63,922 bases of DNA, filler included, from Chiloscyllium plagiosum (GCF_004010195.1; 3 parts of one record of this genome joined end to end with filler, not necessarily neighbours in it), one strand, 5' to 3'. Shown: positions 13,079 to 25,024, counted from the first letter of the whole stretch. Notes: a model not told the origin generated them from the letters alone. Translations and numbers: made by a program.

Positions 13079-13799
13079 TGTTACAACCTGGGGTACACCC
13101 CTCTGCTAATTTAAACCGGCCACACAGAAAAAAATTCATCCCATGCTATAATCTGTTAAAATTCAAAAGGCAAAAACTATCCCAGAGGTCACTATTTAAA
13201 GTAAAAGCTAACAACTTTATTCATTAAGCCCAACAGAGAATATTAAAACCAACAACTATTTATAACTCCTTTCTCTTAAACCTATCTTTTCCCTCCCACT
13301 CTACAATACTAGTCTAATAAAAAAATTCCCTATTAAGATTTACAAAATAAAAAGAATCACGTTTCAAAACCAGTCAGCCTGCCGAACCTCCTTTGTAGAT
13401 TCTCCCCAGGTTGGTTTTGATGTTTTGCTATGCAAACTCCTTCCACAGACAGGTACCTTTCAGAGAGCTCTTGAGCTAGCATCCTACATGTGTTGGTCTT
13501 TTGGCAGTTCTCCCCCTAGCTGTTCAAAATGTCCGGTTTTATACCCCAAAACATCAGATCGTTTCATTGGTTTTAATATTTTCAAAATGATAAATTCAAA
13601 TTTAATTGGATTTTGGTATCTTGGGGCATAATTTAAACTGATTGGCCAAATTTGATTTTTTTTTGTTTCATGGCAACCCAGATGGTGCTAGCTGTTTCAA
13701 CTAAATGTTACATTGTTACTTTGTTCCGGACTTTGTGCTTTATATTTGCCAGCTTTTCAACTTTCTTTAAAGGTACAGTACTTCTACAGATCCATAACA
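13079..13799 (-). mobile_element. Probable LTR (about 720 bp)
   Basis: Termini TGTTA...TAACA; minus-strand TATAAAA (near 13540) followed by AATAAA (near 13218). No TSD seen. Confidence 0.55.
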
Positions 13800-14007
13800 A
13801 TATAGCTTCTTTAAAACCTCCCAAGAATGCTCCTAAATCTAGAGATAGAATTTACACTGGATTCAATGTCACAAGGGGAATTTGAGCATTTTATTTCCTG
13901 GAAGTTAGCAGGGTGATGGTGTCATAATCAGTCAGAGTGCAAGAGAACTAAAGCACAAAATGTGGCCTTCAGCCCATTGCATCTGTGCTGGTCAAATACA
14001 ACCACCT

Positions 14008-14297
14008 GGCACGGTGGGGGCACAGTGGTTAGCACTGCTGCCTCACAGCGCCCGAGACCAGGGTTCAATTCCCACCTTTGGCAACTGTCTGTGTGGAGTT
14101 TGCACATTCTCCCAGTGTCTGCGTGGGTTTCCTCTGGGTGCTCCGGTTTTCTCCCACAGTCCAAAGATGTGCAGATTAGGTGAATTGGCCATGCTAAAAT
14201 TGCCCATAGTGTTAGGTGTAGGGGAATGGGTCTGGGTGGGTTGCTCTTCGGAGGGTTGTTGGGCCGAAGGGCCTGTTTCCACACTAAGTAATCTAAA
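14008..14297 (+). mobile_element. HE1-type V-SINE
   Basis: Same head, V-domain and tail as the other copies. Confidence 0.92.
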
Positions 14298-14474
14298 CTG
14301 TTGTCAAGTGCAATCAAATACTCATTTTAATTCAGGGATGTAATAACTTTAAGCAGATTCAAACTAGCCTTAAGGGGAAAGTTCACATCCAATACAGCAC
14401 TGATTGATACCCAGAAATAGAAATCTTACACAACACAGCATGCAAGGAGGCCTTTTAGGCTCTTGTGTTGGAGT

Positions 14475-14600
14475 TCCTGAAGAAGGGTCACACCTGAAAT
14501 GTTGCCTTCTCCACCTCTTGATGCTGCCTGGCTTGCTGTGTTCTTCCAGCATCCTGCTTGTCTACCTTGGATTCCAGCATCTGCAGTTTTTTTGTCTCTA
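14475..14600 (+). mobile_element. Penelope pseudo-LTR end with decayed hammerhead
   Basis: CTGAAGAAGGGTCACACCTGAAATGTT..GATGCTGCCTGGCTTGCTGTGTTCTTCCAGC..GGATTCCAGCATCTGCAG; same family as 12247-12365 and 40050-40180. Confidence 0.7.
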
Positions 14601-14815
14601 ATTATGCTGGAGTTGGCTCTTTTGGTGAGCAAACCAATTAGTCCCACTTCCCTCATTCCTTCCCTAGATCCCTGCGTGTTTTTCCTCCATCAATCATCCA
14701 TCCAATTCTCTGTTGAAGAGTATGAAATCTGCAGTCACCTGTGTGTCAGACAATGGATTCCAGATCCTAATCATTGATTGAGTAATGTTACCTCTGGTTC
14801 TTCAATCAATCTTTG

Positions 14816-15105
14816 AGGAGAAAGTGAGGTCTGCAGATGCTGGAGATCAGAGCTGAAAATGTGTTGCTGGAAAAGCGCAGCAGGTCAGGCAGCATCCAGG
14901 GAACAGGAGAATCAACGTTTCGGGCATAAGCCCTTCTTCAGGAATCGACGTTTCGGGCTTATGCCCGAAACGTCGATTCCTGAAGAAGGGCTTATGCCCG
15001 AAACGTTGATTCTCCTGTTCCCTGGATGCTGCCTGACCTGCTGCGCTTTTCCAGCAACACGTTTTCAGCTCTGATCTCCCGCATCTGCAGACCTCACTTT
15101 CTCCT
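14816..15105. mobile_element. Near-perfect 290-bp palindrome of Penelope pseudo-LTR ends with hammerhead motifs on both strands
   Basis: 143-bp arms with about 2 mismatches around loop TTAT (14959-14962); flanked by direct repeat TTCTTCAATCAATC (14798-14811, 15105-15118). Confidence 0.9.
14980..15007 (+). ncRNA. Minimal type I hammerhead ribozyme motif (mirror copy on minus at 14914-14941)
   Basis: CUGAAGA-A-GGGC(UUAU)GCCC-GAAA-CG-UU: conserved core boxes, stem II, palindromic ACGU stem III. Activity untested. Confidence 0.7.
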
Positions 15106-15279
15106 TCTTCAATCAATCACCTCAAATCTGCATCCTGTTATTGACTCTTCAACTCTTGGAAACACTCCTTTTATTCTTTAAAAACCCATCTTAAAATACT
15201 TGGACCACTAAGGAAGGCAACCCAGCTATATCACATAACAAAGCCCCTACCCACTCAAAAGCTTTCATATTCTTTTTTC

Positions 15280-15620
15280 CAATTTATTAATGGGATGTGG
15301 AGTGTTACTGACTAGGCCCGCATTTATTACCCAGAAAGCAGTTAAGAATGAGCCACATTACCTGGTCTGGCTATAGACACACAGCAATTTTTTTTAAAAC
15401 AAAAAAAAACACCCTAAAAAGGATATTTGTGAATCAAATGTATGTATCCCCACTCACAAATATTTAATGGTCATCATTAGACTCAATTCCAGATTTAAAA
15501 AAAATATTGAATTCAAATTCTACCAACTGCCATAACAGGATTTGAACCTGTGTTCCCAAGGACATTACCTCAGTCACTGGGTTAATAGATTATTGTTAAT
15601 ATCACTAGGCCATTGCCTCC
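15280..15620 (-). mobile_element. tRNA-headed SINE related to the 57590 family
   Basis: Minus strand reads TGGCCTAGTGATATT..CAGGTTCAAATCC..AAATCTGGAATT..AATAAATGCGGGCC. Confidence 0.65.
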
Positions 15621-16164
15621 CCCTTTAGTGAATGTGGTGCCAAAATTGCACACAATATTGAATATGTAAAAGGACCAGCAGTTTATTAAAATTTCCCCTA
15701 ATGTACAAGGCCGTTTGCTGGTCAATTAAATGTCAGGCATAAACTGGAAAGGATGAAGGGGGGACTTTGAGGAGGTGGGATATCTAAGCGATATCATGTC
15801 TGATCCAGTATGTGCTGCCAATACCGAACATGCCAAGATTAGATCATTCTTAAAAAGCCCAAATGACCTCTGACTCCCCAGCACCAACATTCCTCATATT
15901 GCACAAATACATTTTAAAAAGAAATAGTTAACCTGTTTTTTAAAAAAGTGGAACAACCTCCATCTCTCATTTTGAGAGTAAATCCGTCATTACATATACT
16001 TTATAATAATATGATTGAAACATTGATACCTGAAGAGAGCTCTTGTAGGATATACAGCCACAGATGACACCAATTGAATCCAATTTGGCTTGCAGTTGAG
16101 ATGCTTTGAGAGAATGACTGCTTGAAGCCAATGGACATGGCTTATATTCAACGTTATTTCAGAT

Positions 16165-16620
16165 CACCAAGGCTGGTACTCCAGTGTGGCACTGAGGGAG
16201 TAACACACTATGTTAAATTGACTATACATGAATAGAAGAGATTCCATGCAACTATTGCAAAAGAGATAGAATTATAGAAGCCCTACAGTGCAACAAGAAG
16301 TTATTCAGCCTATTGAGTCTGCACTGACTCTCTAAAGAGCTTCCCATCCAGTCAGGTTTTTACCATGGCTAACCCATCTAACCTCCACATCCTTAGACAC
16401 GACCGGCAATTTATAGCACATCGTTCGACTGATGGTGCCCTGGTCAATATTTATTTCTGAAAATGGACATTAAAATCAAACAGGCACTGGTCATTACTGT
16501 CTGTGGGATCATGCTGTGCAAAAATTGGCTGTTATGTTTTCTACCTTTCAACAGTGAGTGCAGTTAAAAACTTATTTGATTGGTTGAAAAACCATTTGAG
16601 GCATGTTGTACAAAAGTCTG
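16165..16620 (+). mobile_element. Decayed DeuSINE (SacSINE1/AmnSINE-like), interrupted at about 16265-16430
   Basis: GGCTGGTACTCCAGTGTGGCACTGAGGGAG and CTGGTCAATATTTAT..TGTGGGATCATGCTGTGCAAAAATTGGCTG resemble the Deu-domain consensus as I recall it. A minus-strand remnant also occurs at about 600-760. Confidence 0.55.
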
Positions 16621-19600
16621 CCTATCTGCGTGAGATAGTCCCTCCAAATGAGGATGGCCTTGGTTCATGGCAAGAACATGCACGTGTAGACTATTACTGC
16701 AAGGAGGCAGTTACGCTGCACCTCCCACATGTTTCTAGGGAACTCTCTTGCCCACCATAGACGTGTCCGAAGGGCTTACAGGGTTGACCATCAACTTGTT
16801 TAACCATACCACGATACATCCTCCATGGCCATCACCCTCTCTTGGGGACTTGAACCCAGAGCTTATAGCCCACTGCAAAACCTCCAGGGAAGATTTGATA
16901 ATCTCTAAGAATATGCAAATATTCAGAGATAACATTTTCCTGGGGAAAGCTTCTCATGTCCCCACTGCAGTTTTCTCCATATTTTGAAACATGTAATCTT
17001 CTATTGAGCCTGTAAGAAATTGTTTTTATTGCAGCTAGCGCAGAGTACTAAAGGAGTTTTCTGACACACATAGCTAGTTCCTGTCTCCCTCAGACCACTA
17101 CCTCTTGATATCTTTGGCCGATACAATGTCAACTTCTTACTTTCATGAGGCTCCTTTAACAACACAAAGTACTTTGCAAAGAATAAAAAAAATCAGTAGA
17201 GAATCTATCCAATTCCTCATGACATTCAATATCATTACTATCACTGAATCCTCCCACCATCAAGAATACCACTGACCAGAAAATGTAACTGAACCAACCA
17301 TATCAATACTGTGGCCACAAGAGCAGGTCAGAATTCTGTGGTGAGGAACTCCCCAAAACTTGTCTTCATTGCACACATCAAAACAGGTTATGAAAATCTC
17401 ACCTTGGTGACTACATCTTCAACACCATTTAAGAAGCTCAATACCATCTAACGCAATACTTTTAACACCCCCCCCGCCACCTCCTGAAGTATGTAGAGCT
17501 CTCAAATTGCTTGCTCTTACTTTGGCCCTTGCTATTTAAAGGATCTAGGTAACATTATAACCAATCAATTCCTCATTCTATAGATGGGTACCTACAGTCC
17601 AACATAGCACAATCAATGGAGTCTACAATTACGAGAATTAATTAGTACAGTTCCCTCTGCTTTATTAATCACAACTCCTCCTTCCAAACTATTCCTGTCA
17701 TGCTAAACTTCACAGCCTTGTTATTCCATTTACAGTAATTAATTGCATAATGGTATTTTGAGTCACACCTAAAATACCTGTTAACCATTCTCCAGGTAAT
17801 CCTGGCCTTCATTCTGCTATCAAAGGTTCCAAAGTCCCTGTCATCTTTAAATAATTGACAGGCATCTTTTGTCTTTTTCATTAGGATTCTCTTCTGGTAT
17901 CATCACCATGAACACTGAATCATCCATTCAGTGTGTTACTGTTGCCTGTCCCCTTTGAACCTTGAAGGCCATTGGGAATGAATATTTTCCCAGGCTTCTG
18001 ACATCTGCTCCAAAACCGAAAATCTAACTGCAGTTAATTCACTCCTCTGGACAATTTAACACAATCCAACAATTTAAAAGGCAAGCAATAAATTTGGAAT
18101 GTCCAAGTAGAATTTTTGCAAACTTGCATATAGTGTGTTAGAATCCGTAAATACATAATAGAATTTTTCCCCTCAATTAATCAAAGTTTGACCACAACTA
18201 ATATGCATCCAATAGATCATCTTTCTTATGATTTAATTGAATTCCTAAATCTTGCTGAGTGTCCATTGGTGGCTCTCCAGTAAAGAGTACTTTAAACTTA
18301 ATTGTTTAAAGTAACAACCTTGCTTGTTCTTGATAAAAATGTCATTAATTTTCACAAGTCCACTTAAATTTTCCATTGATCACAAGGTTCGGCTTCAGGG
18401 GAAGTCATATCCTGACAATTTGCACCTAATTTCAATCTTTCTTCAGCAAAATAATTCCAATCGTAATCATCTGTCGAAAAGTAACTTTTCAATCTTTACC
18501 TTCAGGCAACCATCCTCTGCCACCAATGTCAACTCAAATTCAGACAATATCATTTCTTAGCTGTTTTCTCACAAACCCTATCTTTCAACCTGCCCTGTCA
18601 TTTAATTAATCAATTAACACCAATCACCTTCTTAACAACTTGCTGCATTAATCATCTTTTCAGTTGTAGAAATTCCTTTGATTGGCAGTTAGCTATTGCA
18701 TTGTGGGAGCATCATCACCGGGCTCATCATCAACAATTTGCATTTACGTAGAAACTTGAATGCTTCACAGGAGTAGTATCAGACAGCCATCTTTACATAC
18801 TTTAATATCCAGTTAGTATTCCCCAGCAGTGGTTACTGCATTGTCATTAGAAGCAGAATGTCTGGCTCATTTCCATCCATCAACCTTCACATCCACAATA
18901 ATCCAGAGACGCTGATGCCAATTAAGAAAGCAGCTACCAGCAGAAGCAGCTTTGGCCCAATGTGATAACACAAACGAATGGTGAATTTCAGGTCCTTCAT
19001 AAACATGCCCTGAATGTGGCATTTACAGACTATTGTGGAGGGAGCGATCAAATCTCAATGTTCATAAGAATACTTTAGGCAGTAGGGAAGGGCTTCTAAT
19101 CTATTGAGCTTGTCCAATTGCAAGATGTTTTGCTTGTTTCAACTTGCTCTAGATTTGGCACGAACCACCTGAGGTACACTGAAGGGATGATTTTAACTCT
19201 TTTCCCCTCTGGTAAGAATGTAACAGCAACCACAACATTTGTATGAACATGTTTTCCGGACACATGTAAATATATGAAAGCTACAGGCAGTAGAACACTG
19301 TGCTACAATCACTGCTGGGTTCACAGTCTGGAAATTATTGGTACCATAAACTGTGGAGATAGTTGAACTGTACTCGAACTCAGTGATGAGCTTTGCTGTG
19401 TCAAACATTGACTGCTTATATCCTGAGCCAGGTTTCAGAAACAACAACGAGACTTATTTTTAAATTTTTTTACATATCAATGAGACCTACACTTGCTCAT
19501 GTAATTCAGCACAGATGGGAATGATCACACTGGGGCAGAGCGAGGCAGACAGTCCCGCTTTCCGGAAAGGTCTGCAGAGTTTAAATTGGAATTTTAACCT

Positions 19601-19860
19601 TGACAAACTGAGGTTGATTGGTTATGTCTGGCTGGAATAATGCTTCTGTGATGTTTTAAGTTGTGTAAGTTTATGAACTTCTATTTTAGGTCAGAGAGGT
19701 GGGGCAAGGATCACAATTATGACTCTAATTTCCCATTTCCTTAAATTCTTTAAAAAATTTATTCAGGTTCTGTTTAAAAGTTGTTCTAATCTCCCTCTCA
19801 ATAGTCTCTTATTTGGTGTATAGCTTATTGGAAACATAATTATTCCAGTGATATAACTGA

Positions 19861-19995
19861 GGACTGAAGATGCTGGAGATCAGGGTCGAAGAGTGTGGTG
19901 CTGGAAAAGCACAGCCCTTCATCAGGAAGGGCTTATGCTCGAAATGTCGATTGTCCTACTACTCGGATGCTGCCTGACTGACTGTGCATTTCCAG
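19861..19995. mobile_element. Fold-back Penelope pseudo-LTR insertion
   Basis: Inverted arms; flanking direct repeat TTCCAGTGA(T/A)ATAACTGAG (19843-19861, 19990-20008). Confidence 0.75.
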
Positions 19996-20199
19996 TGAAA
20001 TAACTGAGTCCATTACCTCTTGTTTCTAATTAGGGAAAATAATTCTTTATGAATATTCTTTCAATGTATGGGTCGGGTGCTGGCAGGTGGGACTAGATTG
20101 GGTTGGGATATCTGGTCAGTATGGACGAGTTGTACTGAAGGGTCTGTTTCTGTGCTGTATATGTCTATGTCTCTCATTATTGTGGATCACCCTTAACGT

Positions 20200-20330
20200 T
20201 GGAGAAAGATAGGTCTGCAGATGCTGGAGATCAGAGTCAAGAATGTGTTGCTGGAAAAGCACAGCAGGACAGGCAGCATTCGAGGAGCAGGAGAATCGAC
20301 GTTTCGGGCCAAAGACCTTCATCAGGAATC
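20200..20330 (-). mobile_element. Penelope pseudo-LTR end with hammerhead motif (20298-20325)
   Basis: Minus strand CTGATGAAGGTCTTTGGCCCGAAACGTC. Confidence 0.75.
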
Positions 20331-20409
20331 GTTCAACTCACCCTAAACATTGTCTATTGTAATAAAATATTTTAAGCCACTTGATTTTCCTGAAATCATT
20401 CTGGTGAAA

Positions 20410-20760
20410 AAGAACCAAAAGCACTGCAGATGCTGTAAATCAGAAACAAATTCAGCAGATCTGGCAGCAGCTGTAAAGAGAAATCAGAGTTAACATTTCG
20501 GGTCTGGTGACACTTCCTCAGAACAGATGGTGGCTAGGAAAATGTCGATTTATATGCAGAAGGTAGGGTGGGAGGAAGGGGGTAAGGAGTAAATGATAGG
20601 TGGGGATAGAGCCCAAAGAGAGAGCAAAACAGTTAGACAAAGGAGTGGATAACAATCTGCCTCGGATGGTGAATAACTGTTAGTGGAGACTGTTAGTGGC
20701 TAACAACAGGTCGTGTGTAACGGCAGACGATGTGATAACAAGGAGACAGTGAGGTCTGCA
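20410..20760 (-). mobile_element. Penelope-like 3' end (different family)
   Basis: GCACTGCAGATGCTG..CTGGCAGCAG..TAACATTTCGGGTC..CCTCAG followed by a purine-rich tract. Confidence 0.6.
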
Positions 20761-20764
20761 AACA

Positions 20765-21645
20765 GTGTCATAGAGTCATAGAGATGTACAGCATGGAAAC
20801 AGTCCCTTTGGTTTAACCCGTCCATGCCGACCAGATATCCCAACCCAATTTAGTCCCACCTGCCAGCACCAGGTCCAAATCTCTCCAACCCTTCCTATTC
20901 ATATACACATCCAAATGCCTCTTAAATGTTGCAATTGTACCAGCCTCCACCACTTCCTCTGGTAGCTATTCCATACACGTACCACCCTCTGTGTGAAAAA
21001 GTTGCCCCTTAGGTCTCTTTTATATCTTTCCCCTCTCACCCTAAACATATGCCATCTAGTTCTGGATTCCCATACCCCAGGGAAAAGACGTTCTCTATTT
21101 ATCCTATCCATGCCCCTCATGATTTTGTAAACCTCTATAAGGTCACCCCTCAACCTCTGACGCTCCAGGGAAAACAAGGTCTCTTTGTTCAGCAACACTC
21201 CCTAGGACCTTACCATTAAGTGTATTAGTCCTGCTAAGATTTGCTTTCCCAAAATGCAGCACCTCGCATTTATCTGAATTAAACTCCATCTGCCACTTCT
21301 CAGCCCATTGGCCCATCTGATCAAGATCCTGTTGTAATCCGAGGTAACCCTCTTCGCTGTCCACCACACCTCCAATTTTGGTGTCATTTGCAAAATTACT
21401 AACTATACCTCTTATGCTCTCATCCAAATCATTTATGTAAATGAAAAAAAGTAGAGGGCCCTTGTGGCACTCCACTGGTCACAGGCCTCCAGTCTGAAAA
21501 ACAACCCTCCACCACCACCCTCTGTCTTCTACCTTTGAGCCAGTTCTGTGTCCAAATGGCTAGTTCTCCCTGTATTCCATGAAATCAAACCTTACTAACC
21601 AGTCTCCCATGGGGAACCTTGTCGAACGCCTTCCTGAAGTCCTAT
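20765..21645 (-). mobile_element. CR1-clade LINE 3' part with internal deletion
   Basis: ORFs 21143-21475 and 20899-21198 (RT); CATAGAGTCATAGAG tail. Confidence 0.92.
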
Positions 21646-23169
21646 GCACTTTATCTGCATAGGATTACAAGCATAAGATATGCAGCACAGAAACAGGCCA
21701 TGTGGCCCAATCAGTTCACAATAGTGTTTATGGTTTACCTGAGCTTTTCCTCTTCTCTCACTGAATTTTATTGTCTTCTCTATTTCCTCACTTCTCCCTT
21801 ATTTTGCTCTTTAATGGATCTGTACTCCAGTTCAATCACCCCCTGTACTAGTGAGTTCCACATGCTTTCTGCTGTTTGGGTAAAAAGGTTTCCTTGGAAT
21901 TCCCTACTGGATGTTTTGGTGACTATCTCATTTTGATGGCCTCTTCCCTGTAAGAGTATACATTCTCTTTGTATTGACCCCACCAAAATCTCCCATAACT
22001 TTAAACAACTCTATTTTTAGGTCATCCCTCAGTCATTGTCCAAGACAGAAGTGACCCCCCCCTTTTTTCTATCATCCTCATTAATTTTCCCTACTATGCT
22101 TCTAAATCCTTACATAAAATGGAACCAGAACTGCACAGAGAACTCTCATTGTGAGTTGATTCAGGGTTTAGTATAACCTCCCTATTTTCCAGTTCCTTTT
22201 CGAAGGAAAGCCTAATGTTTGGCTTGCCTTCATTTTGTGGCCTTGCTGACATGTGGCATAACTTTCAGTGTTTGACAGATTTGTACTTTGATCTGTCTTT
22301 GTTCCAACCTGGCAGTTTCATATGTTTGTGCAGGTTACAATGACAAAGCAGCTGTCCAAACATCAGATTGTGTCCCCCACAGTATCGCAGCTCTTTCAAG
22401 TGAGTTGGTAATAATCCTGCTCTGCTTTATGTTCTTGTCTGAATCCAGGCTGTGACCATTTGAGTATATATAAAATAATTCTGGTCATACATCATGACAG
22501 GCTGGAGTCCTGATTGATGGAATAAAAGACTGTTCTCCCCGTTACATAATCAGGAATCCAAACTGTGGAGTGTCTTGCAGTGCACCCAGCCCCTACTGTA
22601 TATGAATCCAATAGCACACAGCTCAGACTAAGTTGGCAGTGAGAGGTAGAAAGGCCCCAGTGTGTGGCACAGCTGCAGTTGGAACTGTTTCACTGAGGCT
22701 GAAACAAATACATTTTGAGTTCTAGCTGGCTATTTGCCAGCACTGTGATGTTTCACCATATTTAAACCTCTCCCTCTCAGTCAAATTAACCATTTAGACA
22801 AAAGTACTGGAGCATAGAACATAGAACAGCACAACACAACTCAGGAACAAGCCCTTCAGCTCACCATGTCTATGCCTATTGTGATGCCATTCTAAACTAA
22901 CACCATCTGCCTGCACATATTCCTTAACCCTCTTTTCTCTATTTGTTCATGTGTCTGTCTAAATGTCTCTTAAATGTTGCTATCATATCTGCTTCCACCC
23001 ACCTTCTCTGGCACCTTCCCTGTGTAACAAACTTGCCACACACATCTCCTTTAAATTTGACCCTCTCACTTTAAACCCATGCCCTGCACTGGTATTTGAC
23101 ATTTCCATTTGAAAAAGACTCTGACTATTCATGCATCTTATAATTATATATACAGTTTCTGTGATGGGG

Positions 23170-23320
23170 AGAATGAATGAATGAATGCCCGAATATGAAG
23201 ATTGAATGAATAAATCAATGATTGCAAGAATCCAAAGATTGATTTCATGAATGGATTAATGAGGGAAACCGAGGATTCAATCAATGGACGAATTCAAAGA
23301 TTGATTGTCTGAATGAATGA
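23170..23320 (+). repeat. Degenerate (GAAT)n/(GATT)n low-complexity tract
   Basis: Repeated GAATGAATGAAT and GATTGA units. Confidence 0.6.
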
Positions 23321-24340
23321 GTGGTATTATCACTGGACTATTAATTCAGAGACTCAGCTGATGCTGTGAGGACTAAGGTTTGAATCCTGCGGTGGCAGCT
23401 GCTGGAATCTGAATTCAGTGAAGAATCTGGAACTAAGGTGACTATGAAACCATTGTCAGTTGTCAGAAAAACCCATCTGGTTCACTAATGTCCTTTAGGG
23501 AAGGAAATCTGCCGACCTCACCTGGTCTGCCTACATGTGACTCCAGACCCACAGCAATGCAATTGACTGCCTTCTGAAATCACCAAGCAAGCCACTCAGT
23601 TGCATCAATGACAATGAAGTCTCAATAAAGAACTGAAACCAGGCAGGCCACCTGGCATCAACCTACGCATCCGAAAAGACAATGGACCCTGCAAAGTCCT
23701 CCTTACTGACATCAGATCTAAGCTCTGCAGTCCTGCCACATCCAGTTGTGAATGGTGGTGGACAATTAAACAACTCCCTGGAGGAGGAGGCTCCACAAAT
23801 ATCCCCCTCCTCAATGTGATGGAAGGGCCCAGCACATCAGAGCAAAAGATAAGGCTGAAGTTTTCCCAGCAACCTTCAGCCAGAAGTGCTGAGGGGATGG
23901 TCCATCTCGGCCTCTCCCAGTGGTCCCCAGCATCACAGATCCCAGTCTTCAGCCAATTCCATTCACTCCACGTGATATCAAGGAATGGTTGGAGACACTG
24001 GATACTGCAAAGGCTATGGGCCCTGACAACATTCCAGCAATAGTACTGAAGACTTGTGCTCCAGAACTTACCCATCCCTGGTCAAGCTGTTCCAATACAG
24101 TTATAACACTGGCATCTACCTGACAATGTGAAAACTTGTCCAGGTATGTCCTGTACACAAAAAGCGTAATACATCTAACCCAGCCAATTACTGCCCCATC
24201 AGTCTACTCTCCATCATCAGTAAAGTGATGGAAGTTGTCATCAACAGCGCTATTAAGCAGCACGTGCTCAGCAATGACTTGCTCAGTGACGCTCAGTTTG
24301 GGTTTTGCCAGGGTCACTCAGCTCCTGACCTCATTACAGC
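23320..24340 (+). mobile_element. Internally deleted CR1/L2-group LINE with tRNA-derived SINE-type 5' head
   Basis: Head/body matches the SINE at 57590; then KVLLTDI (endonuclease motif I-like, 23694-23714); then a jump into sequence nearly identical to 45503-46350 (KAMGPDNIP, NYRPISLLS). Confidence 0.75.
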
Positions 24341-24571
24341 TGATATGTGGCATAACTTGCAGTGATTGACAGATTTGTACTTTGATTTCTCTTTGTTACC
24401 AACTTGGCAGTTTCATATGTTTGTGCAGGTTACAAATGTCAAAAACCAGTGCAGGGCATGTGTTTAAAGTGAGAGGGGCAAGTTTAAAGGAGGTATGTGT
24501 GGCAAGTTTATTACACAGGGAAGGTGCCAGGGAAGGTGGTGGAAGCAGATGTGATAGCAACCTTTAAGCGA

Positions 24572-24870
24572 CATTTCCAGATGCTTCGTTACCCTACTAG
24601 GTAACATCTTCAGTGGGCCTCAGGTGAAGCAATGCTGAAAATTCCTGTTTTCTGTTTATATGTTTGGGTTTCTTTGGGTTGGTGATGTCACTACCCCAAA
24701 GAAACCCAAACATATAAATAGAAAGCAGGAATTTTCAGCATTGCTTCACCTGAGGCCCACTGAAAATGTTACCTAGTAGGGTAACGAAGCATCTGGAAAT
24801 GAACCTTGCAGCTCAGCGAGCAAATCTACATCCAAAACCTCAGCCTGAGCTACAAATCTTCTCAAAACTG
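24572..24870. mobile_element. Fold-back pseudo-LTR of a second Penelope family with long-stem-II hammerhead remnants
   Basis: Palindrome 24572-24801; minus copy reads CTGAAGA-T-GTTACC(TAGTAG)GGTAAC-GAAG-CATC. Confidence 0.75.
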
Positions 24871-25024
24871 GATCAAAATCCTGGAATTCCCTCTCCAATG
24901 GCACTGTGGACTGCAACAGTTCAAGAAGGCAGCTCACCACCCTTTTCTCAAGGGCAACTAAGGGTGGGCAATAAATGCTGGCCCACCCTGTGGCACACAC
25001 ATCCCATGAGTAAATAAAACAAAC

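Noticed and set aside
14847..15116. Near-identical ORFs on both strands (CCWKSAAGQAASREQEN...)
   Set aside because: A by-product of the palindrome. The same pseudo-peptides recur wherever this non-coding repeat occurs.
17640..18720. Unique-looking stretch with minus-strand ORF 17669-17881 and a VFTDSN motif reminiscent of RNase H
   Set aside because: Many stops in all frames and no second supporting motif. It may be an ancient TE but I cannot assign it.
19193..19630. Cys-rich ORF and promoter-like motifs (TTCCGGAA, CCAAT), plus a 12-mer shared with the TRIM upstream region
   Set aside because: No recognisable domain or splice structure, and isolated 12-mer matches are expected by chance in 64 kb.
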